Notes under the pieces: model-generated
Told to the model about the DNA's origin: nothing
What the model saw: the letters and a program-made list of their open reading frames with translations, nothing else
Database searches by the model: none
DNA from: an uncultured delta proteobacterium
GTDB taxonomy: Bacteria > Myxococcota_A > Polyangia > Fen-1088
Direction: 5' to 3'
DNA length: 64,000 bases
Assembly (NCBI GenBank): GCA_963767925.1
Contig: CAVYGB010000006.1
Location: 96,001 to 160,000 of the forward strand
Part shown: positions 30,204-39,823 of the stretch, one piece after another
How the letters are laid out: each line of letters starts with the position of its first letter
How positions within the stretch are numbered: position 1 is the first letter of the stretch
Made by a program: the position numbers and the translations under genes

Positions 30204-31472
30204 TCAACCCTGGGGGCTGAGGTGGGCGAGGGCCTCCTGCAGCAGTTTCTGCGCCTGGGGGAGCGTGGGGGCCTCCGCGGTCAGGCGCAGGATCGGCTCG
30301 CTGTGGGAGGGGCGCACGTGCAACCACCGATCGCCCCAAGAAATTCCGACGCCGTCGGTAAGGTCGAACGCAGCGCCCCGATAGACCTGCCTTAACCAGC
30401 GCAGGGCGGGGGCGACCTCTCGGGCCGGGCAGAGCAAGGTGTCGCGCAGCAGGACGTGGGCGCGCAGGTAGGAGAACCGCTCGCTGAGGGGCGCGCGGGC
30501 GGTGGCGAGCGCCTCGAGCACGAGGGCCATCGCCACGAAGCCGTCGCGGCAGGGGTTGACCGGGAGGAGGATGAGGCCGCCGTCCATCTCGCCGCCGATC
30601 TCGGCGCCCAGCTCGCGCATGCGATCGAGCACCTGGGTCTCGCGCACGGGGGTGCGGGCCACGCTGGCGCCGTGGCGGGCGGCAGCCGCCTCGACCATGC
30701 GGCTGGTGGCGACGCTGACAACCACCGGGCCGGGCCGGCGGCCCAGCCAGTGATCCACGGCGATGGCGACGGTGGCGTCCTCGACCAGCGGCTCGCCCCG
30801 CTCGTCGACGAGGGCCAGGCGATCCCCGTCGGCGTCGGGCCGGAAGCCGACGTCGGCGGGCGCTCCCGGGGCCACCACCTGGCAGCCGAGCGCCGCGAGC
30901 AGCCCGGCGGTGGCGGGCGCAGCAGGGCCTACGCCGCCGTCGACCGCCACCCGCAGACGGCGGGCGGCGATGGCGGCCAGGTCGACGGCGGCGAGCACGG
31001 CGGTGCGGTGCCGCGCGACGGCGCCGCGGTCGCGCCCGACCTGGGGGATGTCGGCGGCGCGCACCCGCGCGTAGACGCCCTGGTGGTAGAGGTCGGTCAG
31101 CTCGGCGGCCTGGTTGGTCCGCAACACACCGCCGTCCGGGCCGATGAAGCGCAGGGCGCTCCAGCCGCGCTTGCCGGGACCGGAGAGGCAGATGGCGCCG
31201 CGCGCGCCCAGCTCGCGCACGGCGAACATCAAGACCGGCAAGGGGACGTGGCCCAGGTCGACCGGCGGGTTGCCCACGCTGAGCAGCCCGGCGAAGGCGG
31301 CCTGAGCGAGCATCTCGGCGCCGGGCCCGGCCGCGCCGCCGACGAGGACGGGGCCCACGCCGCAGTAGTTGCCGAAGGCGGCGGCGAAGGAGGTGACGAG
31401 CTGGGGGGTCAGTGATTCGCCGACCACGCCGCGCACGCCCGAGGCGGTGATCTTCAGGCTGGGGGCGAACAT
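30204..31472 (-). CDS. Phosphohexomutase-fold paralog lacking the catalytic SHN loop
   Basis: SGVRG, DADGDR, GGEMDGG, HVRPSHSEPILRLTAEA; SHN replaced by SGPG. Confidence 0.8.
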   Translation of the reverse strand: MFAPSLKITASGVRGVVGESLTPQLVTSFAAAFGNYCGVGPVLVGGAAGPGAEMLAQAAFAGLLSVGNPPVDLGHVPLPVLMFAVRELGARGAICLSGPGKRGWSALRFIGPDGGVLRTNQAAELTDLYHQGVYARVRAADIPQVGRDRGAVARHRTAVLAAVDLAAIAARRLRVAVDGGVGPAAPATAGLLAALGCQVVAPGAPADVGFRPDADGDRLALVDERGEPLVEDATVAIAVDHWLGRRPGPVVVSVATSRMVEAAAARHGASVARTPVRETQVLDRMRELGAEIGGEMDGGLILLPVNPCRDGFVAMALVLEALATARAPLSERFSYLRAHVLLRDTLLCPAREVAPALRWLRQVYRGAAFDLTDGVGISWGDRWLHVRPSHSEPILRLTAEAPTLPQAQKLLQEALAHLSPQG

Positions 31473-32842
31473 CAGGCCACTCCGTTGCCGGGGGTGCGGC
31501 CGATCGCCGCCCGGGCGTGGTCCACCGCCTCGTCGAGCAGGTCTCGGGCCCGCTCGGCGGTGGCGGCCTCGGCGATGAGGCGGAGCAGCGGCTCGGTGTT
31601 GGAGGCGCGCACGTGCAGCCACCCGTCGAGGAAGGTGACCCGCACCCCGTCGCTGCAGTCGGCGCCCGCCCCGGCGTGGCGGGTGCGGAAGCTCTCGACG
31701 ATACGGTAGACCAGGCTCGGTGGGCAGGGCAGCTCGTGCTTGAAGAGGTGCAGCCGAGGCAGGCGATCGGCGAGCTCGGCCAGGGTGGCGGAGGCGACCG
31801 CCATCTGCTCGAGCACCAGGCCGAGGGTCAAGAAGGCGTCGAAGGTCATCGTGGTGGGCAGGACGGCGACCGAGCCGTTCCCCTCCCCCGCCAGCACGGC
31901 GTTTTCCGCCAGGCCCAGGTCGATGACGTGGCTCTCGCCCACCGGGCTGCGCAGGACCGGCTGTCCGGCCGAGCGGGCCACCCCCTCGACCATGTTCGAG
32001 GTGGACTGGTTGGTCACGACCGGGCCGGGCCGCCGGCGCAGGCGGGCCATGGCGGCCAGGGGCAAGACCACCTCCTCGGACAGCGGCGTGCCGGGTGTGG
32101 TCAGGCCCAGGCGATCCCCGTCGACGTTGAGGCCGGCGCCCAGGTCGGCGCCGCAGGTGCGGGTGTGGGCGGCCAGCTCGGCGAGGGTGGCGGCGCTGGG
32201 GGCCGGGCGATGGGCGAAGTTTCCGCTCGGCTCGTCGTGGAGCGGAAAATACTGGCAGCCGAGGGCCTCGAGGTAGCGCCGGGCCAGGGGGCCCAGCGGG
32301 CCCTGGCACAGGTCGACCGCCACCTTGAAGCCGCGGGCCCGGATGGCGTCGACGTCGAGCGCGGCCAGCAGGTGCTGCAGGTAGCGGCCCTCCACCTCGA
32401 CGGGATCGGCGGCGGGGCGCAGCCGTTCCCAGGGCACCAGGCGGAACTGGGAGGCGTGGTAGAGGTCGAGCAGCTCCTCGCTGCGCACCGGATCGAGCAG
32501 GGCTCCGTCGGGGCCCAGGAACTTGAGGGCGTTCCACTCGGCGTCGTTGTGGCTGCCGGTGATGGAGAGGCCGCCGTCGGCGCCCAGCTCGCGCACGGCG
32601 AACGACACCAGCGGGGTGCCCGACAGGCCGAGGTCGATCACCTCGCAGCCGGTGGCGGCGAGGCCGGCGGTGGCGGCGGCCCGCAACATGGCCGACGAGC
32701 CGCGGGTGTCCCGCCCGATCACGACCGACCGCCCGTCGCACCAGGTGCCGAAGGCGCAGGCGAAGCCGGCGATGAGCTCGGGGGTGAGGGCCTCGCCCAC
32801 CACGCCGCGCACCGAGGCGGTGCCGATCTTGAGCTGCCTCAC
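31472..32842 (-). CDS. Alpha-D-phosphohexomutase (GlmM/PMM-like)
   Basis: GRDTR, TGSHNDAEWNALKF, NVDGDR, GEGNG, RASNTEPLLR. Confidence 0.88.
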   Translation of the reverse strand: MRQLKIGTASVRGVVGEALTPELIAGFACAFGTWCDGRSVVIGRDTRGSSAMLRAAATAGLAATGCEVIDLGLSGTPLVSFAVRELGADGGLSITGSHNDAEWNALKFLGPDGALLDPVRSEELLDLYHASQFRLVPWERLRPAADPVEVEGRYLQHLLAALDVDAIRARGFKVAVDLCQGPLGPLARRYLEALGCQYFPLHDEPSGNFAHRPAPSAATLAELAAHTRTCGADLGAGLNVDGDRLGLTTPGTPLSEEVVLPLAAMARLRRRPGPVVTNQSTSNMVEGVARSAGQPVLRSPVGESHVIDLGLAENAVLAGEGNGSVAVLPTTMTFDAFLTLGLVLEQMAVASATLAELADRLPRLHLFKHELPCPPSLVYRIVESFRTRHAGAGADCSDGVRVTFLDGWLHVRASNTEPLLRLIAEAATAERARDLLDEAVDHARAAIGRTPGNGVA

Positions 32843-34194
32843 GCCCGGCCCTCGTCGATGGCGGCGACCCCGAACTGCCGCTGCAGCCCCTCGACGCAGG
32901 CCCGGGCCTCGTCGCGGGCGGCGCGCAGCCGCTCGAACAGGGCGAGCTGGCCCAGCCCCCGGATCTTGTTGAGGTCGGGGGGATCGGCGGGGCCGAGCTT
33001 GAAGTAGCTGTCGCCGCGCAGGTAGTCGGTGAGAAAGCGCATGCCCAGCTCGAGGGCGACGACCTCGACGCTGTCGACCAGCAGGTCGAGCTCGCGGCGG
33101 GTCACGTTGCGGGCCGAGCGGAGAAAGCCCGTGGCCACCGCCCGGTAGATCGCCATGTCCACCTGGATGCGGCTGCGGTCGGGCTCCTTCTCCCCGGCGA
33201 CGTTGCACAGCGAGCGGACCATGTCGCCCCAGTCGGCCAGCCAGGTGTTCGGCATGATCGTGTCGAGGTCGACCAGCGATTTGACCTGCCCGGTCTCCTG
33301 GTCGAAGAGGAAGTTCTCGAGCTTGGTGTCGCCGTGGATGGCGGCCCGGCGGATGCGCCCGGCCGCCATCTCGCGCGGCAGCAGCAGGGCGTACTCCTCC
33401 TGCTCGCGCAAAAGCTCGATGTAAGGGCGCACCTCGGGGTGCTGCTGGCGGCGCTGCCCCTCCTCCTCGGACAGGTGCATGAGGAAGTGCTGCTGGGTCC
33501 CCTCGCGCACCTCCGGGTCGGCGGGGAGGTAGGGGGCGGCCTGCTCGAGGGTGCGGTGGCCGGCCAGCACCGACAGGAGCTGGTCGTAATAGACGCGGGT
33601 GTCGCGGAAGCCCGGCAGGGGCGAGGCCAGGCCGTCGACCTCGATCCCCTCGCTGAGCGTCCCGAACAGGGCCAGGCCGCCGCCGGCCTGCTCGGCGGTG
33701 TGCAGCCGGGCCGCGGGATCGGCGATCTCGCTGAGGCTCTTGTAGGTGCGGCTGGCGCCGATGCGGACCATGAGCCGCCAGCAGCCGTAGCCCCGGCGAT
33801 CTTGCACCTCGAGGTAGGGGGCGCCCTCGCGAGTGGGGATGAGGGTCACCGGCTCCCAGGTCTCGCCCGGCTGCAGCCGGCCGCGCGCGAGGTTGCGCCG
33901 CTGGGTCTCGATGCAGGCGATCATCGCGGCCATCACCGACCGGGGCCGCGTGAACACCTGCTGGTTGATCTGCTGCAGCAGGTACTCCCGGCGCAGGCCC
34001 CCCCCGAACGACTCGATGGCGAAGGTGAGGCGGTTGATGTTCCCCTTGCCGGGAAAGTCGTGGGCCTCCACCGGTCCGGGCAGATCGAAGCGAGCGGCCA
34101 TCCGGTTGGCCAGGGCCACCGGGTGCTCCTCGGAGATGCTGAGCCGGCGGACGGCCTTGCCGGTCCGCGGATCGGGGGTGAGCGCGCTGGGCAC
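32839..34194 (-). CDS. APH-fold sugar kinase (N-acetylhexosamine 1-kinase-like)
   Basis: GNINRLTF, YLLQQINQQVF, IHGDTKLENFLFD, VDLDTIMP, DWGDMVRS, RFLTDYLRGDSYF; start uncertain. Confidence 0.82.
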   Translation of the reverse strand: MPSALTPDPRTGKAVRRLSISEEHPVALANRMAARFDLPGPVEAHDFPGKGNINRLTFAIESFGGGLRREYLLQQINQQVFTRPRSVMAAMIACIETQRRNLARGRLQPGETWEPVTLIPTREGAPYLEVQDRRGYGCWRLMVRIGASRTYKSLSEIADPAARLHTAEQAGGGLALFGTLSEGIEVDGLASPLPGFRDTRVYYDQLLSVLAGHRTLEQAAPYLPADPEVREGTQQHFLMHLSEEEGQRRQQHPEVRPYIELLREQEEYALLLPREMAAGRIRRAAIHGDTKLENFLFDQETGQVKSLVDLDTIMPNTWLADWGDMVRSLCNVAGEKEPDRSRIQVDMAIYRAVATGFLRSARNVTRRELDLLVDSVEVVALELGMRFLTDYLRGDSYFKLGPADPPDLNKIRGLGQLALFERLRAARDEARACVEGLQRQFGVAAIDEGRA

Positions 34195-34210
34195 CCGGCC
34201 TGGGCCTTCG

Positions 34211-34864
34211 TCAGCGCCCGGGGCGCGCCTGGCGGGAGGGGGCCGGCTTCGCCGCCCGCGCGGTCGCTGGCTTCGTCGCGCGGGCGGGGGCCGGGCGGGC
34301 GGGCGCTGGTCGGGCCGTTCCGTTGCGAGCGGCGCTGGATCGAGCCGGGGGCTTCTTGCCGGAAGCTTTGCCGGGCTTCTTGCCGGAAGCTTTGCCCGGC
34401 TGCCTGCCCGACGTTTTGGGGACACCCCGGGCGGCCTCGTACATGGCGATGAAGCTGTCGACGCTCACCCGGCGGAGGGACGCCCCGATCACGTCGAGGG
34501 CGAGGTCGCTGACGGCCCGGAAGCGCACGCACGACTTGCCCATGTCGAGCTTCTTGCCTGCTTCGCGATAGGCCTGCTCGAACCAGCGCAGGCTGGCGGG
34601 ATCGCTGTTGACGCAGGTCAGGTAGACGGAGCTGTAGTTCTTCTGGGCGGCGAGGGCGGCCAGGGAGAGGGCCTGCCCGTTGTACGTGTCGGGGTAGCGG
34701 GACAGCGGCAGGTAGTAGCCGATCATCCCGAACTGCATCCCCTCCTCGAACCCCTTCGGCAGGTTCTTGCGGATGACCTTCCGGACGGCCTCCAGGTCGG
34801 CCCGCCGCTCCGGCGGCAAGGCCGCCAGATACGCATTTACCGTCGGAGCCCGGCTGCTCGCCAT
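34211..34864 (-). CDS. DUF1801-family protein with Lys/Ala-rich tail
   Basis: YLAALP, YPDTYNGQ, AQKNYSSVY, LDMGKSCVRF; duplicated PGKASGKK. Confidence 0.87.
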   Translation of the reverse strand: MASSRAPTVNAYLAALPPERRADLEAVRKVIRKNLPKGFEEGMQFGMIGYYLPLSRYPDTYNGQALSLAALAAQKNYSSVYLTCVNSDPASLRWFEQAYREAGKKLDMGKSCVRFRAVSDLALDVIGASLRRVSVDSFIAMYEAARGVPKTSGRQPGKASGKKPGKASGKKPPARSSAARNGTARPAPARPAPARATKPATARAAKPAPSRQARPGR

Positions 34865-35009
34865 ATCCGAACGCTATACCATCGCCCGCACCCGCGGAAG
34901 CCCAACCACCGCGGCGCCTCGCGCGCCTTCGAGACGAGGGGGCGAGGCCCGGGGGTGGCGGGCGGGAACGGTGAGCGGGGCGGTCAGGCGCGGGCGGCGG
35001 CCGGGGAGG

Positions 35010-36398
35010 TCAGCGGGTGACCCACTGGCGGTTGGCGACGCGGGTGATGGGGTAGGCGACGACGAAGTTGAAGCACATCTCGTTTTCGGTCTTCTCCCCG
35101 AAACGGATGGTGGCGCCGGTGGTGTTGCCGTAGGTGCAGGTGGTCCGCAGGCTGTCGCCGGCCTGGATCAGGGTGGTCTCGGGGTCGCGGGTGAAGGCGC
35201 GCTGGTCGGCGAAGTCCCAGTCCGGGACTTCGACGAGGTTGAGCGTGCGGCCGGCCCGGGTGATGTCGGTGCGGAAGGTCTTGCCGTTCGTGTGCATGTG
35301 CGGCGAGGTCCACAACACGTGCAGGGTCTCGGGCAGGAGCTGGGTCAGGGCGCCCGGGATCTCGCTGACCACCGGGTGGCTCTCGGCGCCGGGCGGGATG
35401 GCGATGCCGACCGAGCCCAGGGTGATGACCCCGGCTTCCTTGGCGCGCGGGGTGTCGGTGGTGCAGACCGAGACGCCGCTGCGATCGCGGGCGTCGGCGA
35501 AGCTCGCGCTGTTGTTGTAGTGCACCTCGAGGCTCAGCCAGGTGCCGGGGTCGGGCAGCTCCAGGCCGACGTCGGGGGGCATGATCCCGTTCTGGCCGCC
35601 GGGGGCCCAGCCCATGAGGAAGACGCGCCCGGTGTCGCCGCAGCCGACCGGGCGGGTGGGCGTCCGGTGTCCGTAGAGGATCCAGTGGTGGACGACGCGC
35701 TCGTCGTCGATGATCGGCGCCCAGGCGATGGCCTGCTCGCCGGCGGTGAAGGGCACCTGGAAGGCGAAGCAGCGGTAAGTGTCCTTGACCTGCGGGACGA
35801 CGAAGGGCTCGCTGGCGCCGGCGCCGCTGGCCCGGAACTCGTATTTCGGGGTGCAGGGCAGATCGGCCCGGGGCGGGGTGACCGGCGGGGTGGTCGGCGG
35901 CGTGGGGGGCGCGCCCCCGGGGTTGCAGCTCGTGGCCGTGCCGCGGGGGGTGCCGGCGTCGAGCCAGCCCATCAAGGTGGTCTTCTCGGCGGCGGAGAGC
36001 GGGCCGCTGGGGGTGCTCGGGGGAGGCATCTTGCCGCCCTCGACCTTGGTCTTCATGACCTGCTTGATCGCTTGCTGGCCGCCGAGCGCGGGGGCCTGGG
36101 TGTCGGAATAGGTGAGCAGGGGCATCGGCGCGCCGAACTTCGGCGGGCTCTGGTGGCAAGACTGGCAGCGCTGCTGCAGGACCCGCTGCACGTCGCAGGG
36201 CAAGCTGGCGGCGGCAGCCGGGGGGTCGATCGGGGTGCCGGGGCCGGGGGGCGGCGATCCGCCGGGGCCGCCCGGGCTGGGGGGTGGGCTCGCGCCGGGA
36301 GAGAGGCCATCTTCGCTGGCGCCGCACGCGGCGAGCAGACAGGCGGCCAGCACGCATCGCATCTGGGTGGGAAGACGCAGGTGTTTTTTCATCGGCAT
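35010..36398 (-). CDS. Lipoprotein: CxxCH domain + type II copper monooxygenase (PHM/DBH-like)
   Basis: Lipobox LAAC; CQSCH..KMPP; VVHHWILY, LEVHYNN, PHMH, WDFADQ, NEMCFNF. Confidence 0.87.
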   Translation of the reverse strand: MPMKKHLRLPTQMRCVLAACLLAACGASEDGLSPGASPPPSPGGPGGSPPPGPGTPIDPPAAAASLPCDVQRVLQQRCQSCHQSPPKFGAPMPLLTYSDTQAPALGGQQAIKQVMKTKVEGGKMPPPSTPSGPLSAAEKTTLMGWLDAGTPRGTATSCNPGGAPPTPPTTPPVTPPRADLPCTPKYEFRASGAGASEPFVVPQVKDTYRCFAFQVPFTAGEQAIAWAPIIDDERVVHHWILYGHRTPTRPVGCGDTGRVFLMGWAPGGQNGIMPPDVGLELPDPGTWLSLEVHYNNSASFADARDRSGVSVCTTDTPRAKEAGVITLGSVGIAIPPGAESHPVVSEIPGALTQLLPETLHVLWTSPHMHTNGKTFRTDITRAGRTLNLVEVPDWDFADQRAFTRDPETTLIQAGDSLRTTCTYGNTTGATIRFGEKTENEMCFNFVVAYPITRVANRQWVTR

Positions 36399-36529
36399 TT
36401 CTTGCGCCCACAGGTGTGGGCTGCGTGAACCTTGGACACCTCAGCAGGTGATTCCTGAAAGCCGCCGCCGCCCTGGCTCCCTGAATGTTTCACGGTACGG
36501 GGGCCCGAGGCTCCTGTAAACAACCTGCG

Positions 36530-37069
36530 TCAGGCGGGGCTGCCGTCCCAGCGGCGGGGGTGGCCGGGAACGTCCTCTATTTTTTGCTCGACCTTGTAGG
36601 GGTGCAGCCCGCGGGCCTGGTAGTTGGCGAGGGCGAAGGGATGGTCGAGGTCGCAGGTGTGGACCCACAGCCGGGCGACGCCCATCTGCCAGGCGCGCTC
36701 GACGGCCGCGGTCAGCAGCGCGCCGCCCAGCCCCTGCCCGATGAAGCCGGGGAGCAGGCCGAAATACACGATCTCCACATCGCCGCCGGCGCGCTCGAGC
36801 TCGAAGTAGCCGGCGGGGGTGCCGCGCGCGAAGCCGAGCCAGGTCTCCAGGGCCGGGCGATCCAGGTAGGCGAGCCAGCGGTCGCGATCCCAGCCCAGCC
36901 GCCCGTACCAGGTCCAGGGGCCGCCAACGGCGGTGTAGAGGAAGCGGTTCAGCTCGGGGCAAGGCAGCTCGGCCCGGGCCACGTGAAAGGGGACGGCGGG
37001 CGCGCGGGCCCGCCGGAGCCGGGACGGGTCGGTCATCTCGAGGTAGGTCGTCGTGACGAGTCGGTTCAT
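36530..37069 (-). CDS. GNAT acetyltransferase
   Basis: FGLLPGFIGQGLGGALL, WVHTCDLDHPFALANYQARG. Confidence 0.9.
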   Translation of the reverse strand: MNRLVTTTYLEMTDPSRLRRARAPAVPFHVARAELPCPELNRFLYTAVGGPWTWYGRLGWDRDRWLAYLDRPALETWLGFARGTPAGYFELERAGGDVEIVYFGLLPGFIGQGLGGALLTAAVERAWQMGVARLWVHTCDLDHPFALANYQARGLHPYKVEQKIEDVPGHPRRWDGSPA

Positions 37070-37133
37070 GCGCGGCCCCCACTGCCCCGCCGGTGATAAC
37101 CCATTTCGCGCGCAGCCGGCAGCGGGCATCGCA

Positions 37134-37321
37134 CCGGGGGACAGCAGGCTCCGCAGGAGCGCTGGCCCTGGCAGCCAGTGGGTGAAGTGACTTCCGGCCC
37201 GGCACGCCTGAACGCACCGGCCGCTGAGCATATTGTCGACCACCGCAATACGTGAGGCTCCTCCGAGAACCTCACGTACCGCCTCGGGCGTTCGGGGACG
37301 GCTTTCGTGCTCCCCCACCGG
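37134..37321 (-). ncRNA. Candidate structured ncRNA, possibly 6S-like (strand uncertain)
   Basis: 188-nt intergenic segment whose ends pair (gggggacagca / tgctccccc), with several internal hairpins; minus strand has CACCCAC followed by a small hairpin. Confidence 0.35.
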
Positions 37322-37365
37322 GTGAAGACGGCGGGTGACGATTTTTTCGTTATCATCGGCGCTCG

Positions 37366-38175
37366 ATGAGGATCGCTCTGGCCGAACGGACGGCGGCGTT
37401 CTTGCTGGAGCGGGTGCAGGCCCGCTGGGGGCGGCTCTGGGACCAGGGAGCGCGCCCGGGCGAGCTGACGGTCGCCGGGACGGGACCGGCGCTGGCGGTG
37501 CTGGCGCGGCGGCGCGTCCGGGGGGTGCCCGAGGTGGTGGCGGCGGGGCTGTGTGCCTGGTCGGGGGACGATCGGCCGATCGAAGTGCTCGAGCGGGTGC
37601 CGGCCGCCGAGGAGGTGCTCGCGCTTCAGACCCGCGGGCGGCGGTGCGTGTCGCTGGTGACCGATGCGGCGGCGCTGGCCCACGGCGATCCCCGCCACCC
37701 GGACGGGCTGACCTTCGCGCTGCACGACCTCTGCCACGCGGAGAAGTTCCTCGACCCGGAGCACCACCTCGGCCAGGTGGGCTTCTTCCGGGCGGTCGCG
37801 CGGGCCCTGGGCAGCCCCTGGTTCGAGGGCCTGCAGCGGAGCTTCGATCCGCTGTGGCGCAGCGACAGGGACTACGTCATCTCCGACATGAACGGCTCGG
37901 CGATCTTCCTGTTCGCCGTACTCAAGATGAAGATCAAGATGGCCGTCCGGCGCGAGGTCGGCCGCCGCCCCCACCGCACCTCCCTCCCCGAGAACCGCGG
38001 CCCCCTCGATCCCGAGGAGCGCGCCGCCTTCGAGGCCGTCCTCGACCAGCTCGTGGCCGCCCTCGGGTTCCCCGAGCCGCTTCGCGAGGCCGCCCTCCTC
38101 GTCTCCGCCCGCCGCGACCACCCCACCCTCGCCCGCGCCCTCCTCACCCACTTCCAGCAAACCGCCACCGCCTGA
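37366..38175 (+). CDS. Hypothetical protein
   Basis: Codon bias consistent with coding; LHDLCHAEKF and DYVISDMNG motifs; TATCAT upstream. Confidence 0.7.
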   Translation: MRIALAERTAAFLLERVQARWGRLWDQGARPGELTVAGTGPALAVLARRRVRGVPEVVAAGLCAWSGDDRPIEVLERVPAAEEVLALQTRGRRCVSLVTDAAALAHGDPRHPDGLTFALHDLCHAEKFLDPEHHLGQVGFFRAVARALGSPWFEGLQRSFDPLWRSDRDYVISDMNGSAIFLFAVLKMKIKMAVRREVGRRPHRTSLPENRGPLDPEERAAFEAVLDQLVAALGFPEPLREAALLVSARRDHPTLARALLTHFQQTATA

Positions 38176-38342
38176 GCGCGCCGGCAGCGGCCAAGGTTCA
38201 CACCGGTCGCTCGCAATTTCGCTGCCCGTTTGCTGCGGTGGGGCAGGAGCGAAGGGCGCGAAACCTGCGCACGGCTCGGCTCTCGCGGGGCGACGCCGCG
38301 CGCGGGGTCGACCGGGGGCGGGCGCGCGGTAAGCTTGAGATC

Positions 38343-39182
38343 ATGTCGGAGCCTGCCTCGCCCGACAGGTCGAGAAACTCGCTGGCCCCCATCGCGGACG
38401 GGTGGCCCCTGCGCACGGTGACCGGCAACGCGATCTGGAAGCTGGTGCCCCCGCGGGCCCGGCCCCTGGCGAAGGTGCTGGCGGTGCTGCCCGCGACGCT
38501 GTTCGTGACGGGACTGGTCGGGCTGGCGGTCTGGACGGGGGGCAAGCTCTACGTCTGGTGGCTGATCAGCAAGGGTGGGATCACGAAGTTCGGGTTCCTG
38601 GCGGCGTCGGCGGCCGGCCTGGCTCGCTTCAGCGCGCGGATCGTGCGCTGGCAGCTCCGGCGGCTGGCGGCCATGCACGTGACGGTGGCGTCGCTGCGCG
38701 GCTCGCCGCCCGGCAGCCTCGTGCAGGTGATCGGCACGGTCCGGGCGGAGGTGCCCTTCCAGGCCGCGGTCAGCGGGGAGCCGGCGGTGCTGGCCCACTA
38801 CGAGGTCCGGCTCGACTCCGGCACCAGCGCGCACCAGGTCCGGGGGGTCGACTTCTTCCTCGATGTCGACGGCTCGGAGAGCGTGCGGGTGGCGGTGCAG
38901 GAGGCCTACCTCGACGACCGGCAGGTGTTCGAGACCGCGACGCCCGCCAACCTCTCGGTCGCCTTTCCGGTCTCCTGCTTCGAGATGGGCGAGAGCGCCA
39001 AGGGCGCCCGTTACCGCGAGGCGCGCCTGGGGCCGGGAGACAGGGTCGAGGCGGTCGGCGTCCTCGTGCGCGAGGTCGATCCCTCCATCGCGGGCGGCCC
39101 CGGCCGCACCCCGGGCCTGCGGGTCGTCATCCAGGCGAGCCCCCGTCTCCCCCTCCTGCTCCGCAAGCTGCCCGCCGCCTGA
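38343..39182 (+). CDS. Hypothetical membrane protein (2 TM + beta-rich domain)
   Basis: Hydrophobic segments; YREARLGPGDRVEAVG. Confidence 0.7.
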   Translation: MSEPASPDRSRNSLAPIADGWPLRTVTGNAIWKLVPPRARPLAKVLAVLPATLFVTGLVGLAVWTGGKLYVWWLISKGGITKFGFLAASAAGLARFSARIVRWQLRRLAAMHVTVASLRGSPPGSLVQVIGTVRAEVPFQAAVSGEPAVLAHYEVRLDSGTSAHQVRGVDFFLDVDGSESVRVAVQEAYLDDRQVFETATPANLSVAFPVSCFEMGESAKGARYREARLGPGDRVEAVGVLVREVDPSIAGGPGRTPGLRVVIQASPRLPLLLRKLPAA

Positions 39183-39204
39183 CGCCGGGGCATCCCACCC
39201 GGGC

Positions 39205-39277
39205 CCACGCCGGAGGCCCCTCACCCGGCGCGCAGACGCGCCGACCTCTCCCCGCGGCAGACCACGGGGAGAGGTGA
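39205..39277. repeat. 73-bp REP-like double-hairpin element, copy A
   Basis: 71/73 identical to 44771-44843; hairpins ggcgcg-caga-cgcgcc and cctctcccc..caga..ggggagagg. Confidence 0.9.
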
Positions 39278-39284
39278 GTGAGTG

Positions 39285-39702
39285 TCGCCGGCCGACGGGT
39301 GAGTGTTTTCTCGCCGGCCGACGGTGAGTGTTTTTCTCGCCGGCCGACGGTGTTTTTCTCGCCGGCCGACGGTGTTTTTCTCGCCGGCCGACGGTGTTTT
39401 TCTCGCCGGCCGACGGTGTTTTTCTCGCCGGCCGACGGTGTTTTTCTCGCCGGCCGACGGTGAGTTTTTCTCGCCGGCCGACGGTGTTTTTCTCGCCGGC
39501 CGACGGTGAGTTTTTCTCGCCGGCCGACGGTGAGTTTTTCTCGCCGGCCGACGGTGAGTTTTTCTCGCCGGCCGACGGTGAGTTTTTCTCGCCGGCCGAC
39601 GGTGAGTTTTTCTCGCCGGCCGACGGTGAGTTTTTCTCGCCGGCCGACGGTGTTTTTCTCGCCGGCCGACGGTGGTTTTTCTCGCCGGTCGCCAGGTGAG
39701 TG
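39285..39702. repeat. Tandem array of 22/24-bp units tttttctcgccggccgacggtg(ag), ~17 copies + 1 degenerate
   Basis: Core tcgccggccgacgg counted 17 times from 39285 to 39659; no unique spacers. Confidence 0.95.
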
Positions 39703-39823
39703 TTTGCCTTGCCGGGTGGCGCGGGGGTGTTACGGCACGATTGCGTCACCGCTGGCGCTCTACCGGGGGAGCGGCGTCAGATCTTCCGGGTGGGGGGCGC
39801 GTTCGGGGAGGTGGAGGTTGGTG

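Noticed and set aside
34350..34400. 24-bp tandem duplication
   Set aside because: In-frame PGKASGKK repeat in the low-complexity tail of the DUF1801 protein.
37134..37321. tRNA or tmRNA (GGGGG..CCCCCACC ends)
   Set aside because: No T-loop consensus, no CCA, no tag ORF, and the length fits neither.
39285..39702. CRISPR array
   Set aside because: Units are contiguous with no unique spacers, and there are no cas genes in the window.
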